Part shown: positions 9,128-19,083 of the stretch, in pieces
Layout: each line of letters starts with the position of its first letter
Numbering within the stretch: the first letter of the stretch is position 1
Origin: Hyphomicrobiales bacterium
Lineage (GTDB): Bacteria; Pseudomonadota; Alphaproteobacteria; Rhizobiales; CAJQND01
Direction: 5' to 3'
Assembly (NCBI GenBank): GCA_051010055.1
Contig: JBPCVY010000032.1
Span: 1 to 58,701 of the forward strand
DNA: 58,701 bases
Notes under the pieces: generated by a model
What the model was told of the DNA's origin: nothing
The model's database searches: none
The model's input: the letters and a program-made list of their open reading frames with translations, nothing else
Translations under genes and position numbers: made by a program

Positions 9128-9897
9128 CCTTTCCCAGTAAGCGGGTTGGCAGGGTCCCGGGCAACTTTCAGCTCATAGGTTGAGGCCGCCAGTGCGTCAT
9201 ACATGATGAGCCGGCCGGCCAGGCTGTCGCCAATCTCCAGAATTTCCTTCAAAACCTCAATCGCCTGCAGGGAGCCTATAACACCGGTTACCGCACCGAG
9301 AATGCCGGCCTGGGCGCATGTGGGCACCACGCCGGGCGCAGGTGCTTCCGGGTGCAGGCACCGGTAGGTTGGAAACGGGTTGCCATCGGGCGCGGTTTCA
9401 TAGGGCTTGAGGGTGGTTATCTGGCCATCGAACTGGCCAACCGCTGCGCTCACAAGCGGTACCCTGGCGTGAAAGCAGGCATCGGAAACCGCATACCGGG
9501 TTTCGAAATTATCGCACCCATCTGCTACCACATCATAACCCGCCACCAGTTCTGCAGCGTTTTCTTCCGTTAGGCGTGTGGGGTGCTCGATGATTTCAAT
9601 GTTCGGGTTAACCTCGCTCACCATTGCCGCAGCACTTTTCGTTTTCACCATGCCAATGCGGCTGGTGGCGTGGATGATCTGGCGCTGCAGGTTCGACAGG
9701 GCCACCTCGTCATCATCAGCAATGCCGATGGCGCCAACACCTGCTGCGGCGAGATAAAGGATAACCGGTGAGCCGAGCCCGCCCGCGCCGATAACCAGCA
9801 CCTTGGCCGATTTCAGTTTCTGCTGGCCGGGCCCGCCCACATCACGCAGCAAAATGTGCCGCGCATAACGTTCCAGTTCTTCATCTGTCAGAGGCAT
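9124..9897 (-). CDS. moeB: Molybdopterin-synthase adenylyltransferase / HesA-MoeB-ThiF family protein
   Basis: RYARHILLRDVGGPGQQKL…VLVIGAGGLGSP…LQRQIIH… is the E1-like adenylation fold. The 257-aa length is typical. Confidence 0.88.
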   Translation of the reverse strand: MPLTDEELERYARHILLRDVGGPGQQKLKSAKVLVIGAGGLGSPVILYLAAAGVGAIGIADDDEVALSNLQRQIIHATSRIGMVKTKSAAAMVSEVNPNIEIIEHPTRLTEENAAELVAGYDVVADGCDNFETRYAVSDACFHARVPLVSAAVGQFDGQITTLKPYETAPDGNPFPTYRCLHPEAPAPGVVPTCAQAGILGAVTGVIGSLQAIEVLKEILEIGDSLAGRLIMYDALAASTYELKVARDPANPLTGKG

Positions 9898-9978
9898 ATC
9901 GGGCTCCGGGCAAAGTTCTGGTTCCCCTTATGCCACGGTCATGAGTTTTGACAACCGGCAACGAAGATATGTGTGTTC

Positions 9979-10161
9979 TTAGCGCGGCCCGTTAAAATCT
10001 TCAGGATGGTCTGACCTTTGATTGGCGATTATCAAAAGCTTGCTCAAAAGGGCAGCGTACCCGTGGGCATCATCAATGGCGCGGTGGGTGTGGGGGTGAT
10101 TGCCAGGCGCAAGGCCATCACATTCAATATCTGTATCGAAATAATGGGCCAGATTACTCAA
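9979..10161 (-). pseudogene. 60-aa ORF resembling only the C-terminal ExoIII motif of a DEDDh 3'-5' exonuclease (probable gene remnant)
   Basis: …GNHPHTHRAIDDAHGYAALLSKLL… resembles the H-x4-D ExoIII motif of DnaQ/KapD-like exonucleases. The ExoI and ExoII motifs have no room because dut ends 2 nt upstream. Confidence 0.3.
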
Positions 10162-10163
10162 GT

Positions 10164-10619
10164 TTATCCCTTCCCGGACGACCCAAACCCTCCAGCCCCG
10201 CGGGCGGTTTCATCCAATATTTCAAACTCATCCCACTCGCCTTGTGTAACCGGCGCAAAGATGAGTTGGGCGACGCGTTCGCCACGATGTATTTCAAATG
10301 ATTCTTCGCCATGGTTTATCAAGATGACACCGACTTCGCCACGGTAGTCTGCATCAATTGTGCCTGGCGCATTGAGCACCGTCACACCGTGCTTCAGGGC
10401 AAGGCCGGAACGCGGGCGCACCTGCGCTTCATGGCCTTCGGGCAATGCGATGGCAATGCCGGTGGGCACCAGTGCGCGCTTGCCCGGCTCAAGCCGGAGC
10501 GGTTCTGAAACGGCTGCACGCAGGTCCATTCCTGCAGCATTCTGGCTTTGATAGGTAGGCAATGGCAGATGCGCGCCATGAGGCAAGCGGGTAACTTTGA
10601 TTTTCACAGTCGTACTCAT
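10164..10619 (-). CDS. dut: dUTP diphosphatase
   Basis: …AAGMDLRA…[19 protein letters not shown]… are classic trimeric dUTPase motifs. Confidence 0.95.
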   Translation of the reverse strand: MSTTVKIKVTRLPHGAHLPLPTYQSQNAAGMDLRAAVSEPLRLEPGKRALVPTGIAIALPEGHEAQVRPRSGLALKHGVTVLNAPGTIDADYRGEVGVILINHGEESFEIHRGERVAQLIFAPVTQGEWDEFEILDETARGAGGFGSSGKG

Positions 10620-10625
10620 AAATTA

Positions 10626-11858
10626 TCAGGAAATTTGTTCAGCAATTTCGGCCATCATCCGGCGAGCAACTTCGTCTTTTGACATTTCCGGCCAGTCTTC
10701 AACACCATTGGCGGTGACGATATGTACCGTGTTGGAATTGCCGCCCATAACGCCGGAACTTTCCGAGACATCGTTTGCGACAATCCAGTCGCATCCCTTC
10801 TTTTTCAGCTTGGCCTTGGCGTTGGCGACAACATTCTTGGTCTCGGCAGCAAAACCCACCACCAGCGATGGGCGTTCTTTCTTGAGGCTGGAAACGGTTG
10901 CCAGAATGTCCGGGTTCTCGGCAAGCTCCAGTTTCGGCAAATCTGACTTTTTGCCCTTTTTCATTTTCTGGCCGGCGGCATTCTTCGTGCGCCAGTCAGC
11001 CACCGCTGCGGTAAAAATGCCCACATCGGCAGGAAGCTCATCCATGGTGGCTTTGAGCATTTGTTCTGCTGTTTCAACGGGGATCACTTCCACCCCTTCT
11101 GGCATTTCGACATGAACAGGCCCGGAGATTAGCGATACCTGTGCGCCAAGTTCAGCTGCTGCCCGGGCAATGGCATATCCCTGCCTTCCAGATGAGCGGT
11201 TGGCGATATAGCGCACAGGGTCAATAGGCTCATGGGTGGGCCCGGCGGTGATGACCACCCGTTTACCTGAAAGTGGCGCACTGCCGGCGGAGGGAACGGA
11301 GGGCGCGGCCTTGCTACCGGCAAAATGCTCATCAAGCGCAGCAACAATGGCTGCTGGCTCTGCAAGCCGGCCTGGTCCGTATTCACCGCACGCCATGTCC
11401 CCCTCATCGGGCCCGACTACCAAGCCGCCCCGCGATTTCAATATGCGCAGGTTTTCCTGGGTTGCTGCATGCTCCCACATGCGCACATTCATGGCAGGTG
11501 CAATCATCACCGGTTTGTCGGTGGCCAAAAGGCAGGTGGTGGCGAGATCATCGCAATGCCCGCCGGCCATTTTGGCCATAAGGTCAGCGGTTGCTGGCGC
11601 CACCAGCAAAATATCCGCATCGCGGGAGAGTTGGATATGGCCGATTTCCGTCTCATAGGTAAGGTCGAACATATCGTCAAAGACCTTGTCGCCTGAAAGG
11701 CTCGCCACGGAAAGAGGGGTGACAAACTCCTTCGCCGCCCGGGTCATAATCACCCGGGCAGATGCGCCCCGGCGCCCCAGTTCGCGGATCACATCCAGCA
11801 CCTTGTAAGCAGCGATGCCGCCACCCATGATGATCAATATCCGTTTGCCGTTCAGCAT
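10626..11858 (-). CDS. coaBC: Bifunctional phosphopantothenoylcysteine decarboxylase / phosphopantothenate-cysteine ligase
   Basis: MLNGKRILIIMGGGIAAYKV… is the flavoprotein N-domain, followed by the CoaB domain. I chose the ATG at 11858, which is preceded by AGGAGA, and it avoids overlap with ubiB. Confidence 0.94.
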   Translation of the reverse strand: MLNGKRILIIMGGGIAAYKVLDVIRELGRRGASARVIMTRAAKEFVTPLSVASLSGDKVFDDMFDLTYETEIGHIQLSRDADILLVAPATADLMAKMAGGHCDDLATTCLLATDKPVMIAPAMNVRMWEHAATQENLRILKSRGGLVVGPDEGDMACGEYGPGRLAEPAAIVAALDEHFAGSKAAPSVPSAGSAPLSGKRVVITAGPTHEPIDPVRYIANRSSGRQGYAIARAAAELGAQVSLISGPVHVEMPEGVEVIPVETAEQMLKATMDELPADVGIFTAAVADWRTKNAAGQKMKKGKKSDLPKLELAENPDILATVSSLKKERPSLVVGFAAETKNVVANAKAKLKKKGCDWIVANDVSESSGVMGGNSNTVHIVTANGVEDWPEMSKDEVARRMMAEIAEQIS

Positions 11859-11881
11859 AGGTTCTCTCCTGCCCAGCAGCT

Positions 11882-13444
11882 CTATGGTGCCAGCTTTAAG
11901 GCAATCACCACAAGCGCTATGGCGCCAATCCATAATGCAGCGCGCGTGGGCCAGTTTTGCCGTGCCTGGGCGCGGGCGAGCTCATTTGTGGTTTTTTCAT
12001 CAAGCCTCAGCCCGCCATGGCCTGCCATTTCGCCCAGCATGTGGGCCGCGCGGCCTGCCTCTGACAGGACATCCGGCAAATCGCCCATCACCTTGCCCAG
12101 CACCGCTGCGCCTTCTGCAGCATCCTGCAAGCGCCCTTCCGGGCCAAGTTTCTGTTCCATCCACTGGCGCACCACCGGCTCTGCTGCATCCCACATGTTG
12201 AGCCTGGAGTTCAACGTGCGCGCCACCCCTTCAACAACAACCATTGTTTTTTGCAACAGCAACAATTGCGGCTGGGTTTGCATGTCGAACTGCTCGGTTA
12301 CCTGGAACAGTTGCCCCAACAGCCGGGCCATGGAGATTTCATCGGCATTCTTATCCATCAGCGGCTCGCCGATGGCGCGCAACGCCTGGGCGAAACTTGA
12401 AACCGGCTGGGTGTCAGGCACGTAGCCTGCATCATAGTGCACCTGGGCCACGCGCTTATAGTCGCGGGTGATAAAGCCGTAGAGAATTTCTGCCAGGAAC
12501 ATGCGGTCCTTGGGCGAAAGCCTGCCGATAATGCCGAAATCGACCGCCACGAGTTCGCCGTTCCCACCAACAAACAAATTGCCCTGATGCATGTCCGCAT
12601 GGAACATGCCATCGCGCATGGCATGGCGCAGAAATGACTGTATGACCCCATCTGCCAGCGCGTTAAGGTCATGGCCTGCCGCTTTGAGTTTTTCGGGATT
12701 GGAAAGGGCAATTCCATCCACCCATTCTAAAGTCAAAACGCGGCGGCCGGTTCGGGCCCAGTCCACTTCCGGCACCCTGAAACCGTTGTCTTCAGCGGTG
12801 TTCTGGCCCATCTCGGAAATGGCTGCCGCCTCCATGCGCAAGTCCATTTCCAGCTTTACCGTGTTGGCCAATGTCTGCACAGCCGCCACAGGGCGCAGGC
12901 GCCGGGCCGGGGCATGCATGCGCTCGGCCATGCGCGCGGCATAGAAAAAAGTCTCCATTTCACTGGCGAATTTCTCTTCAATGCCAGGCCGCAGAACCTT
13001 AATTGCAACATCCCGGCCTTCAATAGTGCGCGCCCGGTGCACCTGGGCAATGGATGCAGCAGCCACCGGTTCAGAAATCTCAGTAAATTGGTTCTGCCAT
13101 GGCGCGCCAAGGGCTATGTCGATTTCTTTCAGCGCCAATTCGCGAGAAAACGGCGCCATTCGGTCTTGCAGTTCAGACAGCTCAACCGCCCGTTCAGCAC
13201 CTACAATATCCGCACGCGTTGCCAGGAACTGGCCAAGCTTTATGTATGTGGGCCCAAGTTCGGTGAGCGCTTCGGCAAGGGGATTTTTATCCTTTGGCGT
13301 TCCCCCGCCCATTCCACCGATTTCATAGGCAAAGCGCATGGGCGCTGGCATTTCGGAAAGCTGGTCGGCAGGCACAACCTTGTGCTTGGCCAGAGCGCGC
13401 CCGGCACGGGCAAGCCGGTACATATGACGAATAGATGAAAACAT
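11882..13444 (-). CDS. ubiB: Ubiquinone biosynthesis regulatory kinase-like protein UbiB (ABC1 family)
   Basis: …LGPTYIKLGQFLATRADI…AAASIAQVHRA…HADMHQGNLFV… plus a C-terminal transmembrane segment. It is adjacent to ubiE, as in many proteobacteria. Confidence 0.94.
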   Translation of the reverse strand: MFSSIRHMYRLARAGRALAKHKVVPADQLSEMPAPMRFAYEIGGMGGGTPKDKNPLAEALTELGPTYIKLGQFLATRADIVGAERAVELSELQDRMAPFSRELALKEIDIALGAPWQNQFTEISEPVAAASIAQVHRARTIEGRDVAIKVLRPGIEEKFASEMETFFYAARMAERMHAPARRLRPVAAVQTLANTVKLEMDLRMEAAAISEMGQNTAEDNGFRVPEVDWARTGRRVLTLEWVDGIALSNPEKLKAAGHDLNALADGVIQSFLRHAMRDGMFHADMHQGNLFVGGNGELVAVDFGIIGRLSPKDRMFLAEILYGFITRDYKRVAQVHYDAGYVPDTQPVSSFAQALRAIGEPLMDKNADEISMARLLGQLFQVTEQFDMQTQPQLLLLQKTMVVVEGVARTLNSRLNMWDAAEPVVRQWMEQKLGPEGRLQDAAEGAAVLGKVMGDLPDVLSEAGRAAHMLGEMAGHGGLRLDEKTTNELARAQARQNWPTRAALWIGAIALVVIALKLAP

Positions 13445-13447
13445 TGA

Positions 13448-14236
13448 TCAGGTCCGCCATCCGGAATGAAGGGCGACAATTCCACCAGACAGATTGCGGT
13501 ACCTGGTATTGCCAAAACCGGCATCGGCGATCATCTGCAAAAAGTCCCGCTGGTCTGGAAATTTGCGTATGGATTCAACTAGATAACGATATGGATGCCC
13601 GTCGCCTGTCACCACTTTTCCAATGGCCGGAATGGCGGTGAAGGAATAGGCGTCATAAAGGCTGTCCAACCCGGGCACTTCCACATGGCTGAATTCCAGG
13701 CACAGGAAATGCCCTCCAGGCTTGAGCACCCGGTAGGCCTCGCTGAGCGCCTTTTCAATATGGGTGACGTTTCTGATACCGAACGCAATGGTATAGGCAT
13801 CAAAACTACTGTCTTCGAACGCAAGCTGCTCGGCATTGCCGGTCACAAACCTGGCGCGGCCTGCCAACCCCTCAGCGATTGCGCGCTTGCGCCCTTCGGC
13901 GAGCATCTGCTCATTAATATCACACAGAGTAACCGCGCAGCCGGGCTCTCCCGCCTTCAAAAACCTGAATGCGATGTCGCCGGTTCCGCCGGCCACATCC
14001 AAAAGCCTGAAGGGCCGGTTTGATTTTGGTGGCGCGACCGCCGTAGTCAATGCGTCTTTCCAGGCCCGGTGCAGCCCGCCCGACATAAGATCGTTCATCA
14101 GGTCATAGCGGGCGGCGACTTTCGAGAACACTTCATTGACGCGCCCCTGCTTTTCGGCTTCATCAACGTCTTGAAATCCGAAATGGGTGCGTGTGCTTGT
14201 CTGCGATTTGCGGCTGGCCGTCATATTGTTACTCAA
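13448..14236 (-). CDS. ubiE: Ubiquinone/menaquinone biosynthesis C-methyltransferase UbiE
   Basis: …[25 protein letters not shown]…[13 protein letters not shown]…FGIRNVT… are UbiE/MenG signatures. Confidence 0.95.
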   Translation of the reverse strand: MSNNMTASRKSQTSTRTHFGFQDVDEAEKQGRVNEVFSKVAARYDLMNDLMSGGLHRAWKDALTTAVAPPKSNRPFRLLDVAGGTGDIAFRFLKAGEPGCAVTLCDINEQMLAEGRKRAIAEGLAGRARFVTGNAEQLAFEDSSFDAYTIAFGIRNVTHIEKALSEAYRVLKPGGHFLCLEFSHVEVPGLDSLYDAYSFTAIPAIGKVVTGDGHPYRYLVESIRKFPDQRDFLQMIADAGFGNTRYRNLSGGIVALHSGWRT

Positions 14237-14327
14237 TTACCATTAAGCGCCGCACAATAGCCGATGGCAGGACAATTCGCCATCTGCTTCTTTGCAATAG
14301 GGTTAGGAAAAGTGAGCATAAAAACAA

Positions 14328-15209
14328 ATGCCGGAACTGCCTGAAGTTGAAACCGTAAAGCGAGGGCTGGAGCCGGTTATGGTGGGAAATCGCATCGCAT
14401 CGGTTGATGTGCGAAGGGATGGCTTGCGGTTCCCGTTTCCTGAAAACATGGCAGCACGCCTTGAAGGCCAAAAAATCACTGCAATGACACGGCGGGCTAA
14501 ATATATCCTTGCCGCATTGGAGAGCGGTGAAAGTTTGCTGATGCATCTTGGCATGTCGGGCCGTTTTACAATTCATGAAACGTCAGCCGCAGCGCCGCAA
14601 ACACCTGGCGCATTTTATCATGACGGCGCGGTTGGCGCACACGATCATGTTATCTTCCGCATGGAGGGCGGCGCCTTGATCGTCTATTGCGATCCGCGCC
14701 GGTTCGGCATCATGGATCTGTTTCCCGATAAGGAAGGGCAAACCCATCCCCTGCTTGCGGAACTTGGTGTGGAGCCGCTCGGGAACTCTCTTACCGCTGA
14801 ATATCTCAATACAGCTTTCAGGGGGCGCAAAACGCCTCTAAAAGCCGCCTTGCTTGACCAGAAAATCATTGCAGGGCTTGGCAATATCTATGTTTGCGAG
14901 ACCCTGTACCGGGCTAAGTTATCGCCGCGACGGCGTGCGGGCTCAATTACCGGCGCAAAGAAACCACCTAAGCGCCTGGAAGGACTTGTCCGCGCCATCC
15001 GCGATGTTCTGGACGAAGCCATCATTGCCGGCGGCTCAAGCTTGCGGGACTATTCCCAGGCTGACGGCGAGCTAGGCTATTTTCAGCACAGTTTTGAAGT
15101 TTACGGCCGGGAGGGCGAGCCCTGCGCAACCACCGGCTGCGGTAAATCTGTTCAACGGATTGTCCAGTCTGGCCGGTCAACATTTTTTTGCCCTGCATGC
15201 CAGCGTTGA
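14328..15209 (+). CDS. mutM: Formamidopyrimidine-DNA glycosylase
   Basis: The N-terminus is [10 protein letters not shown]… and the C-terminus carries a zinc finger (C…C…FFCPACQ). Confidence 0.95.
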   Translation: MPELPEVETVKRGLEPVMVGNRIASVDVRRDGLRFPFPENMAARLEGQKITAMTRRAKYILAALESGESLLMHLGMSGRFTIHETSAAAPQTPGAFYHDGAVGAHDHVIFRMEGGALIVYCDPRRFGIMDLFPDKEGQTHPLLAELGVEPLGNSLTAEYLNTAFRGRKTPLKAALLDQKIIAGLGNIYVCETLYRAKLSPRRRAGSITGAKKPPKRLEGLVRAIRDVLDEAIIAGGSSLRDYSQADGELGYFQHSFEVYGREGEPCATTGCGKSVQRIVQSGRSTFFCPACQR

Positions 15210-15323
15210 AGCGCGGTTCGGAAAAATCCGGCCCGGCTGAGGCAATTATGGGCTTGCGAAAGTCGCTGTGAGGCTGTCTATTTCCGCTGGAGTTTGCCGT
15301 TGATCAGTTGAGGAGCACACCGG

Positions 15324-16097
15324 ATGGCCTACAAATTTATCATTGTCGAAACGCGGGGAAAGACAGGGCTGATAACAATAAACCGGCCAGATGTCCTCAA
15401 TGCACTTAATTCCGATGTTATCGCGGAAATGGTAAAGGCTCTCAAAGGATTTGAAAAAGACGAAAAGATAGGCTGCGTGGTGCTGACCGGTTCGCCCAAG
15501 GCCTTTGCTGCCGGTGCGGACATTAAAGAAATGCAGAACATGTCTTATATGGATGCGTTTCTGGGAGACCACGTCACCTCATGGGATGAGATACCCAGGT
15601 TCCGCAAGCCAATGATTGCCGCTGTTGCCGGCTATGCGCTGGGCGGTGGTTGCGAGCTTGCCATGATGTGCGATTTTATCATTGCTGCCGATACGGCAAA
15701 GTTCGGCCAGCCGGAAATCACACTCGGCGTCATGCCCGGCGTGGGCGGCACCCAGCGCCTCACGCGCTTTGTCGGCAAGTCCAAGGCCATGGAAATGTGC
15801 CTTACCGGGCGCATGATGGATGCCCAGGAAGCTGAATGCACCGGCCTGGTGTCGCGGATAGTGGATGCGGACAAACTGATAGACGATGCCATTGAAACAG
15901 CAGAGAAAATCTCATCCTTCTCCCTGCCCATAACGATGATGACGAAAGAGACAATAAACCGCTCTTATGAGGTGAGCCTTGCCGAGGGCGTGCGTTTTGA
16001 GCGCCGGCTCTTCCATTCCATGTTCGCCACCGAAGATCAAAAAGAAGGCATGACCGCCTTCGTTGAAAAGCGCAAACCCAATTTCTCCAACAAATAG
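15324..16097 (+). CDS. Enoyl-CoA hydratase (crotonase family)
   Basis: …ITINRPDVLNALN…VLTGSPKAFAAGADIKEM…AVAGYALGGGCELAMMCD… are crotonase-fold motifs. Confidence 0.9.
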   Translation: MAYKFIIVETRGKTGLITINRPDVLNALNSDVIAEMVKALKGFEKDEKIGCVVLTGSPKAFAAGADIKEMQNMSYMDAFLGDHVTSWDEIPRFRKPMIAAVAGYALGGGCELAMMCDFIIAADTAKFGQPEITLGVMPGVGGTQRLTRFVGKSKAMEMCLTGRMMDAQEAECTGLVSRIVDADKLIDDAIETAEKISSFSLPITMMTKETINRSYEVSLAEGVRFERRLFHSMFATEDQKEGMTAFVEKRKPNFSNK

Positions 16098-16145
16098 TAT
16101 TGTTTGAACACGCGTGCCAGGCGGTTTTTTTTACCTCTATACTTG

Positions 16146-16174
16146 TTGACGAATTTGGCCGGTACAGGTATAAG
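16146..16174 (+). promoter_or_regulatory. Sigma70-type promoter candidate for rpsT
   Basis: TTGACG (16146-16151), a 17-nt spacer, then TATAAG (16169-16174), about 115 nt upstream of the rpsT ATG. Confidence 0.45.
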
Positions 16175-16287
16175 CCGCCCACCTTTGGCTGGCCGGTGAA
16201 AGTGCCGAGCCCGGCGCAAAGTATTTTCGAACAATTGCCCGACCAGCTGCTGTGCGGCTTGAGGGCCTCTTAGAGGCAATAGAGACT

Positions 16288-16551
16288 ATGGCCAACACAG
16301 CTTCTGCAAAGAAAGCGATCCGCAAGATGGCGGGCCAGACCGCGGTCAACAAGTCGCGCCGGTCGCGCATGCGCACCCACATTCGCAAGGTAGAAGAGGC
16401 AATTGAAAGCGGCGACAAGGCTGCAGCAGCCGAGGCGCTTAAAGCAGCGCAACCTGAAATTATGCGCAGCGCTCAAAAGGGCGTGCTGCATAAAAACACA
16501 GCTTCCCGCAAGGTTTCCCGCCTTTCCAACCGCGTCAAGGCGATTTCCTAA
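16288..16551 (+). CDS. rpsT: 30S ribosomal protein S20
   Basis: [30 protein letters not shown]… At 87 aa from the ATG at 16288, the length is typical for S20. Confidence 0.95.
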   Translation: MANTASAKKAIRKMAGQTAVNKSRRSRMRTHIRKVEEAIESGDKAAAAEALKAAQPEIMRSAQKGVLHKNTASRKVSRLSNRVKAIS

Positions 16552-17573
16552 CCAGCCCGAGCGCCCTTGAATCCCACGGGAATTTGCAATTGCAGTCCGC
16601 ATATTTCCCGGCCATCGACAGGTGTTCAGTGAGCCGTTGAATTTCGCTTATTCGTCCCTATACGGATTTTAATAAATTTTATTGCGTTTTTTCAACGCTT
16701 TAGCGGGGTATGCCATTTGGGTCGCCCCGTTTTTTGCATTCTGGTTCAAAAAACCTTGCAGAAAACCGCAGAAATTCAACAAAAATTGCCGAATTGCTTT
16801 CGGGCGTTTCGCGCTTTGATTCTATTAAGAGAGTCAAGTATTTGCAGCTTCAAGAGGTTTACTGGCGGCGTGCGAGTCGGTAAGAAAATTTTACTCTGTA
16901 TACGGCATATATCGAGTCTCCTGTTGCCTGTTCCCACAGGTCTGTGTAAAGTTCTTGATATTGACGGTGCAGCTGGCGCCCCGGTTTCGGGCATAAACAG
17001 AACAGGTCAGCAGCATTCCGTGAAGCCCAATTTGGGATTGCGTGAATTTGCACCGTTTGAACTGGCTGTTTGCCGACGTCTGGCAAGTTTGCAGTCGGTC
17101 AGCATATAGCAAGGCGTGTGTTGTACGCCAAAACATGGCAGGAAAACTGCCAAACTGGGGAATAAGCATTTCCCGGTACGGCGAAATTTTGGCGTTCGCC
17201 ATTTGTGGGCGCAACAAAAGGCAACAATTGCGGGAATTATTTGCCCGCAAACCTGGTTACCGGGGACTGGGCCGGATGCCAGGGCAGGTGCCGGGGTAAC
17301 CGGGATCTACTAAGGAGTTAAAATCGATGGAACCATCTCGTGCTCTCCGCGCTGAATTGATGGTTATGGGGAAAGGGGAAAGAGACCAATAGTGCGGTTC
17401 CGCGCCAGCCACCTTTTGGGCGGAACACGTGGTCTATTGCACAGCAAACAGCATGAATCTTGAATGACGGCCACGTGCTTTGGTGGGGCAACGCTAGAGA
17501 TCAATCGATAGCGGGCGCGGGCTGATCTACGGGAAAACAAATATATTTTTAGCCAGCGGTGGTGGAATAAGTA

Positions 17574-19070
17574 ATGAAAATGATGCAATTGGGGAGTGCA
17601 GCTGAGCCAGAAGGAGCTGTACGCGCACTCGAAAAAGACGACATTAAAGAAAAATGGGACCGAGTCGCCGCAAAACTGCGCGCTGAATTGGGCGAAGAAC
17701 TTTTTTCCAGTTGGTTCGCCCGTATGGAAGCAGAAGAAATCTGCGACGCGCGCCTGATGGTTTCGGTGCCAACGCGGTTCCTGCAAAACTGGGTCCGCAC
17801 CCACTACTACGAAAACCTCCTCAAACACGCAGACGCCGAATGGGATGGCATCGAAGCTATCGTCATCAAGGTCAGGGCGCGAGGTGTTCCGGTAAAGCCG
17901 CGCAAGGCCGATATTTTCAAGGATCTGCCTGAAGCAAACCTCGAAGCACCTTGCAATGTGCGCCAAGAGCGCGATCAAAGCGCCAGATCCGTACCAAATT
18001 CCGCTTCTTCCTCTTCTGAAAGAGGCTCACCGCTCGACCACAACCTGACATTTGAAACATTTGTCATCGGCGGTTCCAACTCGCTGGCCCACGCCGCGGC
18101 CCGGCGCATTTCAGAAGCCCAGCCCGGCGCACCGGTCAGCTTTAACCCGCTGTTCGTTCACGCCGGCGCAGGGCTTGGCAAAACCCATCTCCTGCACGCG
18201 ATTTCCTGGCGTATCCGCCAGCTGCATCCTGCCCGCAAGGTGCTGTATCTCACAGCTGAGCGGTTCATGTACCATTTTCTCGCCGCCCTTAAGGCGCGAG
18301 ATGTGCTGCCATTCAAAGACTATTTCCAGTCTGTTGACGTGTTGCTGATTGATGATTTCCAGTTCCTGCAGGGCAAGTCCATGCAGCAGGAATTCTGCCA
18401 CACATTCAATTCGCTGGTGGATATGAAGCGTCAGGTCATTATTGCGGCCGATGTGCCACCAGCCCAGTTGGAAAGCATTGATGGGCGCATGAAGTCGCGC
18501 CTTGCCGGCGGCCTGGTTGTCGATATTCAGTCGCCGGACCTTGAGCTTAAACGCAACATTTTGCGCACCCGCCTTGCTGGTGCCGCCGCGAAAGATCCGA
18601 GCATCATCATCGCCGATGAAATCGTTGAATTCATCGCGCAACGGATCACTGGTGGCGGGCGCGAGCTGGAAGGCTCGCTCAACAGAATTATCGCCAATCA
18701 GCAGTTAACCCGTGCGGCGTTGACCGTGGACCAGGCTGCATTGGCGCTACGTGATCTTGTGCGGCCTTCTGACATTCAGCGCATCAAGATTGACGATATT
18801 CTCAAAGTGGTGGGACGCCACTTCAATGTGCCCAAGGCCGATCTTCTTTCGCCGCGCCGCGCCCGTTCCATCGTGCGCCCACGGCAGATTGGCATGTACC
18901 TTGCGAAAACCCTCACGACGCGCTCGTTGCCAGAAATCGGGCGCCGTTTCGGGGGGCGCGATCATTCTACGGTGCTCCATGCAGTCCGCAAGATTGAGGA
19001 ATTGATGCAGGCCGACGAAAAGATGGCGCGCGAGGTCAGCTTGCTCGTCCGGCTGCTTGAACAACAGTAG
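17574..19070 (+). CDS. dnaA: Chromosomal replication initiator protein DnaA
   Basis: AAA+ motifs (…NPLFVHAGAGLGKTHLL…LLIDDFQFL…) and the C-terminal DNA-binding helix (…IGRRFGGRDHSTVLHAVRKI…). Confidence 0.97.
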   Translation: MKMMQLGSAAEPEGAVRALEKDDIKEKWDRVAAKLRAELGEELFSSWFARMEAEEICDARLMVSVPTRFLQNWVRTHYYENLLKHADAEWDGIEAIVIKVRARGVPVKPRKADIFKDLPEANLEAPCNVRQERDQSARSVPNSASSSSERGSPLDHNLTFETFVIGGSNSLAHAAARRISEAQPGAPVSFNPLFVHAGAGLGKTHLLHAISWRIRQLHPARKVLYLTAERFMYHFLAALKARDVLPFKDYFQSVDVLLIDDFQFLQGKSMQQEFCHTFNSLVDMKRQVIIAADVPPAQLESIDGRMKSRLAGGLVVDIQSPDLELKRNILRTRLAGAAAKDPSIIIADEIVEFIAQRITGGGRELEGSLNRIIANQQLTRAALTVDQAALALRDLVRPSDIQRIKIDDILKVVGRHFNVPKADLLSPRRARSIVRPRQIGMYLAKTLTTRSLPEIGRRFGGRDHSTVLHAVRKIEELMQADEKMAREVSLLVRLLEQQ

Positions 19071-19083
19071 CGGACGAACACAG

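Noticed and set aside
16704-16735. An rpsT terminator at CGGGG…CCCCG followed by TTTTTT.
   Set aside because: The stem is only 5 bp with a 16-nt loop, and it lies about 150 nt past the rpsT stop. This is too weak to annotate as a feature. It may still matter if a small RNA is encoded here.
16717-17250. ORFs 16717-17109 (+, 130 aa) and 16891-17250 (-, 119 aa) in the rpsT-dnaA spacer.
   Set aside because: The translations are Cys/Arg/Leu-rich and low in complexity, with no recognisable domain and no Shine-Dalgarno sequence. They overlap each other on opposite strands. They are most likely chance ORFs.
16552-17573. A chromosomal replication origin (oriC) next to dnaA.
   Set aside because: I could not find any 9-mer within 1 mismatch of TTATCCACA, or a perfect TTAA-N7-TTAA, in this spacer. 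In many alphaproteobacteria oriC is near hemE rather than dnaA. Gene orientation does not switch cleanly here either. I kept it as an unexplained non-coding region instead.
17364-17978. 204-aa minus-strand ORF overlapping the dnaA start.
   Set aside because: It is antisense to the well-supported dnaA N-terminus and its translation matches no family. It is a typical shadow ORF.
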